Source of the DNA: Epiperipatus broadwayi
Taxonomy: Eukaryota; Animalia; Onychophora
NCBI GenBank assembly: GCA_028023455.1
Contig: JAQFVV010000006.1
Location: 13,702,001-13,766,000 of the forward strand
Reading direction: 5' to 3'
Length of the DNA: 64,000 bases
Shown here: piece by piece, positions 52,175 to 64,000 of the stretch
Layout: every line of letters begins with the position of its first letter
Position numbering within the stretch: the first letter of the stretch is position 1
The notes under the pieces: generated by a model
The model's database searches: none
The model's input: the letters and a program-made list of their open reading frames with translations, nothing else
What the model was told of the DNA's origin: nothing
Position numbers and translations under genes: made by a program

Positions 52175-52563
52175 CTGGAAAAAAAAAATAATAATGCTTC
52201 AGTAAACACACACACGAAAAAAAATCAATAAATGTTTTAAATTACTTCAAAAATATTAATTAACAATTATCAGAAATTAGTTGGTAAAACCTAAAATCAT
52301 GAAAACCGGTAGAACAAGATTTTTCTAATTACCTTAACTACTCATTATTTTTTTACATATTAAAATACCACACATTTTACAAACCACATTTAATAAACAA
52401 TTTTTTTAAAAAATTTAAATTACATAGATAAATATATAACATGCCTCCATTTAAAAAAAAGATTAAATAAGACTAATTTTAGTATAACGTTTCCACAATT
52501 GAAGATTTAGAGAAAAAAAAAGTTTTTTAGGAACTGGCAAATATTAAATTCTCAAATTGACTT

Positions 52564-54140
52564 ATCATCATCATCAACCATAATCAATCCATAGCAGGAC
52601 GGTCTCTCCAAGTTCAATCCATCTCCAATCTTTAGCTACTCTTCTCCATATTCAATCCCCTGCACACTTTATTTCATCCATCCATCTCACATGTGATCTC
52701 TTTCTGGGTCTTTTACAATCTCTTGGAATCCAGTTTAAGATTTCAATTGTCCATCTATTATCATCTCTTCTAGCAATATATCCAGCCCAACTCCACTTCA
52801 GTCTTTAAATTTTTTCAATGAGGTCAGTAATATCTGTTTGTTCTCTTACCCATATATAGTGTTTTCGATTTCTTGTTACTCCCAAGATGCATCTCTCCAT
52901 ACTTCTTTGAATGGTCTGAAGTCTCTGTATTGCTCTTCTATTAAGTGTCCAAGTCTCAGATCCATAAGTAAAAACTGGTAAAACACATTTATTAAAAACC
53001 TTCCTTTTCAAACACATAGGCATATTTCCTTTAAGTATCAAGTTATTTTTACCAAAAGCACTCCAACTAAGTTTAATTCTATGATTAATTTCATCCATTA
53101 TGTTTCCATCTTTATTAATAATCTGACTAGGGTATTTGTAGTTGTTAACTTCTAACTCATCATAATCTTTATTTTCATATTTTGAGAAAATCCATTAAAC
53201 ATTACTTTAGTCTTTTTAACATTTATCTTTAGTCCTACTTTCATCAGATAATCCCTGCAACATTTCCTGCAGCTCTAAAGCATTATTTGCAAAAACAACT
53301 ACATCATCTGCAAAATCTAAATGACTTAAATAATCCATTTACTTTCACTCCTTTAGCTTCCCATTTTAACCCATAAAATACTTCTTGCAGCAGTGCTGTA
53401 AATAGTTTTGGAGATATGGAGTCACCCTATCTTACACCCTTCTCAATGTTGACTTTCCTAGTATCATTATGTAATCTAATTATTGCTGTTGCATTTTTAT
53501 AAATATTCTTTAAAATATAACAATATCTTGGATCTATACTTTGATGATCCAATGCTTTAATCACTGAAGAAATGTTTATAGAATCAAATGCCTTTCATAA
53601 TCTACAAATCCAAAGCATAATGGCAACTCATATTCATTTTCCCTTTCTATAACTTCTCTCAATACCTGGATATGATCTACTGTATTAAAACCACTTTTAA
53701 ATCCAGCTTGTTCTCTTGGTTGGTGGAAATCCAAAGTTCTCTGTAGACAAGTTGTAATTATCTTGGTAAAAAATTTGTATAAAACTGATAAAAGGCTGAT
53801 AGATCTGTGTTATTTTTAATATCTTGTTTATCACCTTTTTTAAATATTAACATTAATACTGCATTCTTCCAATCATTGGGTATATCTTTATCATTTAGAC
53901 ATTTGGTATATAACTTATGCTAATTTTTTTTTTTATTTCTTTGCCAGCTTCTTTTAATATATCAATTATAATTCCATAATTACATGGAGCCTTTCCTTTC
54001 TTCATAAATTTAATTGCATGTCTCACTTCTTCATTTAAAATTCTGGGCAATTCGGAAGATATAATAGATATAGGAGGTACTTATACCACTACTTATATTC
54101 TAGTTGTCATGAAATTCTTACATATTTATCACATCTGTTC
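52564..54140 (-). mobile_element. RTE-clade LINE, 3' 1.6 kb with decayed RT
   Basis: ORF 52805-53098 (EINHRIKLSWSAF..CVLPVFTYGSETWTL..QRSMERCILGV) is a typical RTE/BovB-like C-terminus. An RT FADDVV remnant lies at ~53300; (CAT)n tail present. Confidence 0.92.
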
Positions 54141-55036
54141 ATCTCATGATCATTATTTCATGTTTGGTTTTTTATATACATAGACAATTTCATCATTATA
54201 AGCCCAATTATTAAGTGAATAGTCCCTTAAATTTTAAAATAAATGTAAAAAAAAATAGTAAAATGAGAAAAAATTACCCAATTATGAAGTATAGATATAT
54301 ATTTTTAACTTCTGAAGCAATTTTTTTTGTTTCTGAAAGGATTCAAACCTTGCCCAATTGCAGCTCTCCATTGTATTCAATCGTGTCATATACTCAATGG
54401 AAATAACACTTTTTTATCTAGAATTTTTGTGAGAATCTTTAAACAGTCTGCCTCTCCCCTTAAAACCAAGTTTAAGTTAATCATGAATATTTTTAAAGAA
54501 TTTTTTATTCATTCACATGCCAATCTGACAAAGATGTGTTCTGATATTAGTAGATTCACTGCTAGGGGGCCCCTGTGCAATATTTTTATTATAGGCTTAC
54601 AGATAGCTAAGTTTCTTAACTCAGCTTTAAAAAAATTGAATTATTTAATATTTGAGAGAGGAAAAATTATTTTAAATTTAATTCAAAATTAGAAAAATTT
54701 AACGATCTGAAAGTGAAAAAATTTTCTGCTAGATAATGTTAGCATCAAGTCTCGGTAAAAATCTGTATTCTTATTTTCTAGGCCCGCTGCATTTTTAATT
54801 GTTAGTTTCAAATAGCTAAGTTTCTTTACCCAGATTAAAAAAAATTAATTATTTAATATTTATGAAAGGAAAAAAAATGTTTTAAATTTAATTCAAAATT
54901 ATAAAAAATTATGAATCTAGAATTTATAACAAAAATTGTTTAAACTGCCAACATTTGTTTAAAATTTTTTTTTCTGTGTATCTTGTTCTCTAGGAGCTTC
55001 TATGAAGTAATTTTAATTGTAGGCTTTGAAGTAGGT

Positions 55037-55529
55037 CAGGGGTGGGCAAATAGCGGCCCGAGGGCCACATGCGGCCCCCTAAGAGTTTTTATGCGGCCCA
55101 TCAAGACAATCGGAAAAATCCACCGACTGAAATTTCCTTCCCGTTGGGTGACCGAATATTCATCTCGTATTTTCCACTAGGATGGTCACATTAATACACA
55201 CACACAGTGTAGATACGATGTACAGTGCTTTTCCAGTTGATTTGATTAATTTCAATTTTGTCTTTGCATTAGCAAATATATACATTTCCAACTTTGGTGA
55301 AACCATGAACCCTCCGAAAAAATGTAAAATTGGTAATGAATGTCATGTGTTTAATGAAGAATGGACCAACAAATATTTTTTTGGTAATACAGGGAATAAA
55401 GCAGTGTGTTTATTGTGTCATGAAAAAAAGGTGCGGCCCTCCACTAACCTTCGCTTCCACAAAATGGCCCCTGATGCGGCCCTCTGCCAACCTATGTGGC
55501 CCTCGAGCCAAAACAATTGCCCACCCCTG
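55037..55529 (+). mobile_element. Non-autonomous hAT (Buster/SPIN-like) element, 493 bp
   Basis: Perfect 13-bp TIR CAGGGGTGGGCAA / TTGCCCACCCCTG and perfect 8-bp TSD AAGTAGGT. Retains a transposase N-terminus (MNPPKKCKIGNECHVFNEEWTNKYFF..KAVCLLCHE). Confidence 0.93.
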
Positions 55530-56222
55530 AAGTAGGTAAATTTAATTTAAAATTCTAATAAGCATTTTCTTATTTTCTCCAAGTCTCTATCTTGTGGCTG
55601 GAGCGAGAGTGTCCTTGCAGTTTGAACATCACCGTTTAATGGTACTAGTGGGGGAAGGGTGATTAACTTCTATATAATTACAATCTAAACACTGCATTTG
55701 TAAAATTTATTGATTATTAAATAAGTGTTTTTGCAGACCTAAATGTTCACCTGACATTCATAGTAGATAAATAATGTATGCATCCTTCAGTCTGTATTCC
55801 AGTTTTTTTATTAATTAAATAGTTTTGAATTAATGCGCAATACAATCTACTTCAACTTATCTTCACGATCTGTATCTTGCACAAACCGTTTCTATATCTT
55901 GTAAATTAGATAATTGTAACAACTCATAGTCAAAGCATGCTACTTTTTGAATTACTATGGTTTTAAACCTTTTTTCTATTTATTTCACAGCACATCTAGA
56001 GATGGGTTGATTAAACATTACAAAAGCAGAATACTAATTATCATAGCTAGCAAACCTAAGAAAATGATTATTCTTATGATCTTGTTACTATATTTTCAAA
56101 ATTGTATGGATTATCCTTAATTTTTTCTAAAGTGATTTGTAATTATGATAAAAACCATGGTTTATTTCCATATAATAAATTTAGTCATATATATAACCTA
56201 TTTATTTGAAGTAATTATATCG

Positions 56223-56256
56223 TCACTGATGATGCCAGTAGCAGAAACCGGTCTGA
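56223..56256 (+). ncRNA. Minimal type I hammerhead ribozyme (family B)
   Basis: UCA-CUGAUGA-UGC-CAGUA-GCA-GAA-ACCGGU-C-UGA: canonical core, paired stem II, palindromic stem III, GUC triplet. Confidence 0.75.
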
Positions 56257-56700
56257 AGTTGGGGATATTCTCAAAGCTTGTTAAGAGCTTATTTTGTGAG
56301 CCCTATATAAAACATTTGTAAATACAAGTTTATTAAATTAGGTCATGTGATATCTAACTTGATTTTTTTTTTTTTGTAATTTTATTTTTTTGCTATTAAG
56401 GCTTTGGCGATTTTATATTGCTAAAGCTATTAATATATGGTATATCTGAACTTAGTTCAATCCCATATGGCTATTTAAGTTAGCTAGCAGGATTGGAAGA
56501 CATATGGATGTCTGAAAATTTCAGATTTTCTACTTAATAGTTATACATTAGATAAAGTACTGGGCTTGTTCTGGTGTTTTTAATCTAATGCTTGAATATC
56601 CTAGCACCTCACTGATGACACCAGTAGCAGAAACCAGTCTGGGGTTGGGGATATTCTCAAAGCTTGTTAAGAGCTTATTTTGCGAGCTCTATATATAACA
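56223..56700 (+). mobile_element. Hammerhead repeat family B: two direct ~90-nt hammerhead-containing repeats, 386-nt period
   Basis: CTGATGA cores at 56226 and 56612, followed by nearly identical GGGGATATTCTCAAAGCTTGTTAAGAGCTTATTTTG. Confidence 0.85.
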
Positions 56701-57763
56701 TCAATATGATGGAAATGCCTGTTATCAAATGCAGTATGGTAAAAAGAATGCCTATTTCCAAATTAAACACTATACTATATGTATACATTGTAAAAAAAAA
56801 AAAAAAAGCTAAATAAACATATTACTATTTTGATACTATTATATTTTTAAAACTATTTTAATTAATTTAAAATTCAGATAAGAATATTCTAATGCTACAC
56901 TTCTTTAGCTTTGAGAAGAAAATGGAGGATCGAAATGCAATTAAAAAAGTGTTTAATTTAATAATGATATTTACAAAAAAAAAAAAACTGTATAGTGACT
57001 TGCTGAGACATTTTTTTTTTGGAGAAGGGTAGAACTTTCAAGAATAGCACTTAAAAAATATATAACAATTAAATTATAAATTCATATATCTAAAATCTTA
57101 AATTACAATTTCATCTACAAATGTCAAACTTTCAGTATTCATACCTCTGACACTATCTATGTTAGATAAATATATCAATAACCATCACTAATCATTTATT
57201 TACGCTAAATATTATGCCATTCCTAGCTCAGTTCAAATGAATAATGCTAGTTCAGTGACAAATGCATTTTGGGATTGTTTACTTTTTTCGGCTGTCTTTT
57301 TTACTCGTACGTTTCAAGAATACGTGAGGGTATGGAAGTTTTAAACTATATGTACACTTTTATGCATTAAATTAAATTCAAAGCTAATTTATAGATTTTT
57401 GAAACGTATATAAATTATATTAACTAAAACAACAGGGGGGGGGGGATAGTCAAGTTTTTATCAAAAATATATGCTTCAACTAGATGATGATAAAGAATTG
57501 TTGTGTTGTCAATATGATCGAGGCTGCAAAGCACTGCAGAATCAAGAAACCTGCTTTCTAACATGCAGATTGTATGTAAGTTGATAACCGTGAACTACCA
57601 TTTATCAAAAGCAGATAATCCTTAGTCTTATAATTAACTATATGAAATTATGATAGTTGCCATTATGTACAAAGAATATAATTTGTATTAAAACACTATC
57701 ACGAAAATGTATCATCTGATTTATTGTTATTTAGTGCCATATCTGTATATTTTAAATGTGGGT

Positions 57764-58544
57764 CATCATCATTTTCAATGATTATCAATCCATTGTAGGG
57801 TGAAGATCTCTCCCAAGTTTACTTCAATTTCTCCTACTTCTAATCTCTCTTCACAGTATGCAAACAAATGTATTTCACCTATCCATCTCACATGCAGTCT
57901 TTTTCTAAGTCTTTTACAATCTCCCATCTATTATCATCTCTTCTAACTATATGTCCAGTCCAGTTCCATTTCGCTCTTTTAATTCTTTCAATGATATTTA
58001 TGATACCTGTTTGTTTTCTCACTCTTGTATTTTATTTTTGGTTTCCTACTTATTCCTAACATACATCATTCCATTCCACAATGAAGGATCTGAAGTCTCT
58101 GAATTGTGCTTCTTTTGAAATGTCCATGTCTCAAATCCATAAATAAGAATTGGTAAATCATACCTATTAAAAATCTTTACAAATATGCAGGAATATTTTC
58201 TTTTAAAATGTAAGTTATTTCTGTCAAAAACATTCCATGCAATCCATTCATCCATTATGTTTTCATCTGTAATAATAATCTGACCAAGGTATTGGTCGAT
58301 GTTAATTCCTTCTAATTCATGATAAGTTTTATTTTCTTCCTAAAAAATCCATTCAACATTTACCCTTAATCCTACTTTCTTATTTTCATCTTATAATTCT
58401 TGCAACCATTTCTTGAAGTTCTGAAGCATTATTTGCAAAAGCATCACCATTTGTAAAATCTAAATGATTTAAACAACCTCCATTTACTTTTACTCCTTTA
58501 GCTTCCCATTTTAATTTACAAAATATTTCTTGTAAAACTGCTCA
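57764..58544 (-). mobile_element. 5'-truncated RTE LINE with TSD
   Basis: Homologous to 52564-53400; 10-bp TSD AAATGTGGGT at 57754-57763 and 58545-58554. Confidence 0.88.
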
Positions 58545-59659
58545 AAATGTGGGTATATATATATATACAGAGACAAACAAGTTATAAATATTACAAACAT
58601 ACCATTAATAGTTTTAGGTAATTTTAACATTTCTTTAAAAATAAAATCCATTCTTCAATTGTTCATCTATTAAAAGTAGATCATTTTTCACAAACCCTCT
58701 GATGAAGAAACAATCTATTGGTGCCTAATCTCGCAATGAACTTCAATCTGATAAACTTTTAGAAAACTTATATTCTCAAATTTTCCACATTTTAAAATAC
58801 AGTGGATATGTTAATCCAAATTATAAACGGTTTACAAAATGGTTATTCTTTATTAACGAACTTATACATTCCATCTTGGAAATTAAATATTTATCAATCA
58901 TTACAATAGTAATTACTAACAGCAAAATGAATATCGTAACCATTGCAATAAGAGAAAAAAAGATGGCTACCTTAATGAAAATGAAATGCCTTTTTTTACT
59001 AAGAGAAAAGGAGAAAAAAATATTTAAAGCAATTAGTCTCTTTAAAAGTAATTGAATAAAGAATCTTAATTTCTTAAATCCACTCATTAAAAAAAGTTTG
59101 GGAAATAATTAAGACAGTAAATCCAACAATTTTAAATATATTTTTATCAAAAATTGAAGTGTGACTGACTGATGATATTTCACCGATATCCAGACAAATA
59201 TTTTTTTATTCTTTAGGTATTAAATGAAATATTAATAATCAGAAATATAATCCTTTAGATCCAAATAGTTCCTTCAGACTTTTAAAGAAGATATATTACA
59301 AAAATGATCTTCCTATCACACCCAATGGTTCATCAGAAGATGCAGTATTAGCATAGGCTCACTCTGAGAATTTTCTTCTAGTAAAGATTTATTTTCACAA
59401 TTGTCAATCGAAAATTGGAATTTTTTCCCCATGCAATACCTGTATATTTTAGTGTTTGTTTTGTGCCATTGGGATCTGAGCGACTGATCATATTTTTTAC
59501 ACTGGTTCAATAGCAACGAGAAATGCAAATTATATAATAAATTAACGTTAAGAAAGTTTTTTTTTTTTTTAATTTCAAAGTATTCAGAGTTTATTCCTTT
59601 GTAAATAAATGATATTCACATTTCTATAATTATTATTTTTTTCTTTTTCATATGTCAAA

Positions 59660-59731
59660 TGCGTTGACCGGGAAGCGAACCCGGACCAGCTGCTTGGAAG
59701 GCAGCTATGCTAACCATTGGGCCACCAACGC
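59660..59731 (-). tRNA. tRNA-Gly(TCC)-like gene or tRNA-derived SINE head (possibly pseudogene)
   Basis: GCGTTGGTGGCCCAATGGTTAGCATAGCTGCCTTCCAAGCAGCTGGTCCGGGTTCGCTTCCCGGTCAACGCA. Acceptor, anticodon (TCC) and T stems pair, but the T-loop has A58C, the D-stem is weak, and an A-rich tail follows rather than a T-run terminator. Confidence 0.6.
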
Positions 59732-60177
59732 TTCACATTTTTTTTAATGTAATTTAATACAAAAGGCATATAAAGAATATTATCTTTATATATATAATTA
59801 CTTATATATATATATTTGTAACATTAAAAATGTTTTTAGAAATATTTATCTTTTTTAAAAAATATTTCTGACTCTAATAAGATAATAAATTTGATAAAGA
59901 AGTGTTACTTCAGTAGACATCTGTCTTACTGATAAATGTTCTCACCTTTCACGGCTGTTATTGTTTAAATAACTTTTTAATATAAACAATATTAAAGAGG
60001 AGGAGAGTGTAATAAAGAAAATAAATAAATGAAAACAACAAAATAATAAAATCTAACTATTTTAATATTACATATAGAAAACACCAAAATACATAAACAT
60101 GGTAACACAACCATAACAGCTGTCATAAAAAAGAACCTATAAATCATAAAACATAATAAAAGATACAATGTCTACTA

Positions 60178-60297
<120 letters not shown>

Positions 60298-60456
60298 CTA
60301 AAAGAAAACAGATTCAATCTATGTATACGCATGCATTTATATGTGTATGTATACATATATGCACACACTCATAAAATATTAAAAAACTGAAATCATTAAA
60401 TGTGAGTTTTTCAATTTAATTCTTAGACTAATTTTTTTTTTTTTCTCATGTGTCAT

Positions 60457-60537
60457 AGCATCAGCCGGGAAGCGAACCCGCTAACCGGGGACAACTGCTT
60501 GTAAAGCAGCTGCCGCTGACCTCTCGACCACCAATGC
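60457..60537 (-). pseudogene. Degenerate tRNA-Gly-derived copy / SINE
   Basis: Same TTCGCTT T-loop. Anticodon loop reads TAC, there is a short internal insertion, and a poly(A) tail follows on the minus strand. Confidence 0.65.
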
Positions 60538-60866
60538 TTGACGAATTTTTAAATATATATATATATTTGATATACTGTATAGTATTTTGAAAATATATAT
60601 TTATTAACAACTTCCTGCATAGTATTTTTAATGTAGGCTTACAAATAACTACGTTTCTTTATTCAGTTTTTAAAAAATGTAACATTTATGAGAGGAAAAA
60701 ATGTTTTAAATGTAATTTAAAATTGTAAAAATATAGACAAAATGGAATTGATAAAAAAAAATTTTGATAAATAATATTATCATCAAAGCTCATCTTGTAA
60801 ATTTAAATTGAGTACTGAAGGGCATCCACAATAGGTAAATAATAACGTTAGTATCTTATTTCCAGT

Positions 60867-61519
60867 TGTTGTGTTTAGACTAGTTTATATATGTGATTTA
60901 ATAATCACAGACTCGTGTAAATACAAACATCTGTAAATACGTTTCTAATATTGTATTTATTAAATATATATTTTACGACTATACTACGCCTGCTACCATT
61001 GGCGAAGTATAGCTCCCAGTTCTAATGCGAACTACAAAAGAAGGTATTGCAATTGCCCTTATAAGCTTCCTATCTCTTCCAGCTGTATCGTTAGCCTGTC
61101 TCAAGAGTAGGTCCGATAACACCTCCTGCTGCATTATGACAGTTTGCCTTGTGCTAATGTATGGTTCTAGCAGCTTCCAGTCCTGAACATGGATTTGCCT
61201 TGCATTATTGTCTGAAGAACAGAGATTCTGTACTTCAGCTCTGTGACAGCAGTTCTCTGGAGAATATATACTACCATTCAGGTTTGATAGTAGTTATCTG
61301 GCCTTACCTTCAAAAAGACTGACTATTTATTGCTAATTTCCATCCTTAATGGAAACATTCTGATTCAGTGAGCATTATCACCCATTGACTCGATCTTGTC
61401 ATTGACTATGCATTATCTATTTATATATGCATAGATTCATGGTGATGAATCCTTAATCTGATCTAGAGAAGATGGAATCTGGACTAGTCCATTATTTGAC
61501 AGTAAGGTGAGATATGACA
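60867..61519 (-). mobile_element. Solo LTR (same Gypsy family), reverse orientation
   Basis: TG..CA ends; the reverse complement starts TGTCATATCTCACCTTA, like 3928. Flanks CCAGT / CCAGC suggest a 5-bp TSD with one mismatch. Confidence 0.72.
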
Positions 61520-61859
61520 CCAGCCCAGTAAATATTCTAGTTTTTTAATAATTAAATACAATTTTGAATTAACAAAAATGTTTTTTTATTTTAAATTACC
61601 TTCACAATTTATATTTCATAAATTATGAAGTCAAAATTTGTTTACTTCTTGAATTTTTTTCAGTTTTAAACATCTTAATAAGAGCACATGTCTAGAGTTG
61701 ATATTTCAGAGTGCAAGTCAAGCGATTAAGATTGATAAAACATTTACAAAATAAAATATAGATGTAAACCAAATATATATTTATTTATAGGTACTTTTCC
61801 TCCTTCTCTATGTCAGTTACTATAGGCTTTAGGTAAACAATGATAGAGGCCAGATAACT

Positions 61860-62140
61860 GCTTAACAAATCACTGCTCTATGCTCCCATCCAAAATACCC
61901 TGACTAGTTTCAAGCTTATGGTTTTCATTAGTGAGAATCTTCGGATCTTGGCAGAGTGCATCTAGACCTTTATGACCTAATGCACTTTCCTTCTAAAAGT
62001 CATCATTTACCTCTCTGTTAAATTATCAAACTATCAGCCTAAAGTGAAATTATATAAATGTTTTCAATCTAAGTCAACTTGATTGAATAGTCATATAGAT
62101 CTTAAACCAGTTCGATTTCCATTTATTACATAAGCTGGAG
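61860..62140 (-). mobile_element. Family A hammerhead repeat, degenerate
   Basis: Minus: CTCA-CTAATGA-AAACCATAAGCTT-GAAA-CTAGTC-AGGG (~61898-61935); core G5 mutated. Confidence 0.7.
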
Positions 62141-63159
62141 TCGTGATTTGGTCATGTGGTATTTCATTAGCTTATTTATTTGTTTATGCACACTTAGGTT
62201 CTATATTTAGCCTCATTACTTCTGCATTAAATATATTAAAAATGAAAACTTTCTAGAAAAGTGTTGTTATTTAGAAAGTCTACTGGAATCTGCCATTATC
62301 AATATTATAAAAAGGACAATTATTGCCCTCTCTGGGATCATTCCATCCTGGTCCAACACACATAAACAGCAGTCTGAAATGACATTAATGACCACAACTC
62401 CGCAAAACAGACCAATTTCCAACAAGACCAGAGATAAGGAGGCACTCCTGATTACTTATTTTTCTTACAACTCTCACAGATGACACCAACGTTTAACATT
62501 TGCACATATTTACTTATTAGCTTGCACCCATGATGAGCGTGTTGTTATTTTTTTTCTTGGGAATCAATTTCTACGTTAATTGTGCAAAAAAAAATAAACA
62601 TAAACACTCAAGTCAGTTTCTATAATATTGTTTAGTCTTATATGGGTTAGCGCAGTGGTAGATTGCCAGATTTGAGCTAAAAATAGATTGTTTCCTAAGT
62701 GTGTAAAATCTCATTTCTTTCAACTGGATGGAACTATTATACTCAACTTGTCACTTGGGTGCCCTAATATCATATGACCTCTCCCCTCCCAAATCAATGG
62801 ACCATACGACCAGGGCCATATTTATGCATAGATATTTTAGTTATCAAATCTAGGGCTCTCAGATATATCTAAGGGCCTCCCAAAAATTAAAATATGTCAA
62901 AATGTTTTTAAGATTATGTAAATTTTTCTCTAGTTAAATGCTTCACAACTTAATAGCGTCTTGGACTCTGAAAAGTGTAAATACAGTTCTCAAAGAATCA
63001 TTTTTTATATCAGAGCTTACAGCAATATTCTATGTTTTAAGTTAAAAATACAGTTTTACATCACTGTAAAATTAATGTTAAAAAAAAATATTTTCCTAAA
63101 ATTATATTTTTCAAAAAAAAAAAAAATTCTAATTTTATGAACTGATAAAATTATAATAC

Positions 63160-63262
63160 CTTATATCCAAGTGTTTTCGTTTGACACCATTTGAGCAAAG
63201 CATTCCTTTTGGAACCACCACCTTTGACCAGAGCATTTAGAGGATCTTTTTTGTCCACGTCA
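63160..63262 (-). CDS. SPECC1L: Cytospin / SPECC1(L) exon, start of C-terminal CH domain (gene starts beyond window end)
   Basis: Encodes [34 protein letters not shown], the cytospin signature [17 protein letters not shown] boundaries. Likely co-orthologous to vertebrate SPECC1 and SPECC1L. Confidence 0.92.
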
Positions 63263-64000
63263 CTGCAAAAGACATAACTACTTCTATTATTGTTTATATT
63301 GTTAATAAAAGAATCATTTAAATTGTTATTTGCAAAAATTATCATATATTATAACACAGCAAATATACAATGACTTTTTCTTTTAAAATATATATGTTCT
63401 ACAATAAGTGATATAATAGACAGGGTATGAGCACAGACTTTCACATGACCCACTCTCCACACCATCTCATAACACTGATACACCTGAACACACATATGTC
63501 GAAAATAATCACCAATATACGTATTTCATGCTAAACCAGCAATCATCAGTTGGTCCAGATTACCATCTCTACACATATATGCTACAAGTGCTCAGATATA
63601 TATTAAGATAGCAAATCCTCCTACTTTAATGACTGAAGTTTCATAAGGCGTTCACAAACTTTTAAAGATGTAATAGATAGTAAATAGTAATATCTATTCA
63701 CCCAAGGTCATGTGATAAAATATAAACAAAGCAGAAACTTGTAATGCCATGGTTTTTGTATAATTATGTCTTTAAAAAAAAGTATACAACTTCCAATAAT
63801 GAATATTTGAACAATTTCCTCCAACTTTTTTTTAGGTTCATATTTTTTAGAATCCATTACTAAGAGTTTAGTCAATACAAGAGTTTTATTGAAACCATGT
63901 GACTACCTTCCACTGTAATCCAAAATCTATTGTCCCACCATTTAATTCTTTCAGTTTACTGTAATATTAATTACAAAAGTAGTTAATCTCATGCCATCTA

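Noticed and set aside
58690-58725. CTGATGAAGAAAC as another hammerhead
   Set aside because: No stem II or stem I pairing; likely a chance match or remnant.

Overview
A strongly AT-rich metazoan (probably invertebrate) genomic window with long, repeat-laden introns. Three spliced host genes could be assembled by hand from GT-AG exons. (1) The first coding exon of beta-ureidopropionase (UPB1, minus strand, ATG at 5458). (2) A complete 7-exon, 143-aa ZSWIM7/SWS1 gene (plus strand, 5570-32543), head-to-head with UPB1. (3) The last four exons of cytospin/SPECC1(L) (C-terminal calponin-homology domain, minus strand, 63262 to 42337). The rest is transposon-derived: RTE LINE fragments with target-site duplications (TSDs), a decayed Gypsy element plus solo LTRs, hAT MITEs, mariner remnants and tRNA-derived SINEs. 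There is also a near full-length APE-RT LINE with an SGNH-esterase ORF1 joined to a Penelope GIY-YIG fragment in an inverted-repeat structure, and a ~3 kb ORF1-only (RRM-RRM-CCHC) reading region. The most striking non-coding signal is a dispersed family of ~390-460 nt non-coding repeats carrying minimal type I hammerhead ribozymes with palindromic stem III. They occur as permuted, tandem or inverted copies (retrozyme / Penelope-like). Most ORF-track entries are antisense or junk ORFs. All calls are by eye; no searches were run.
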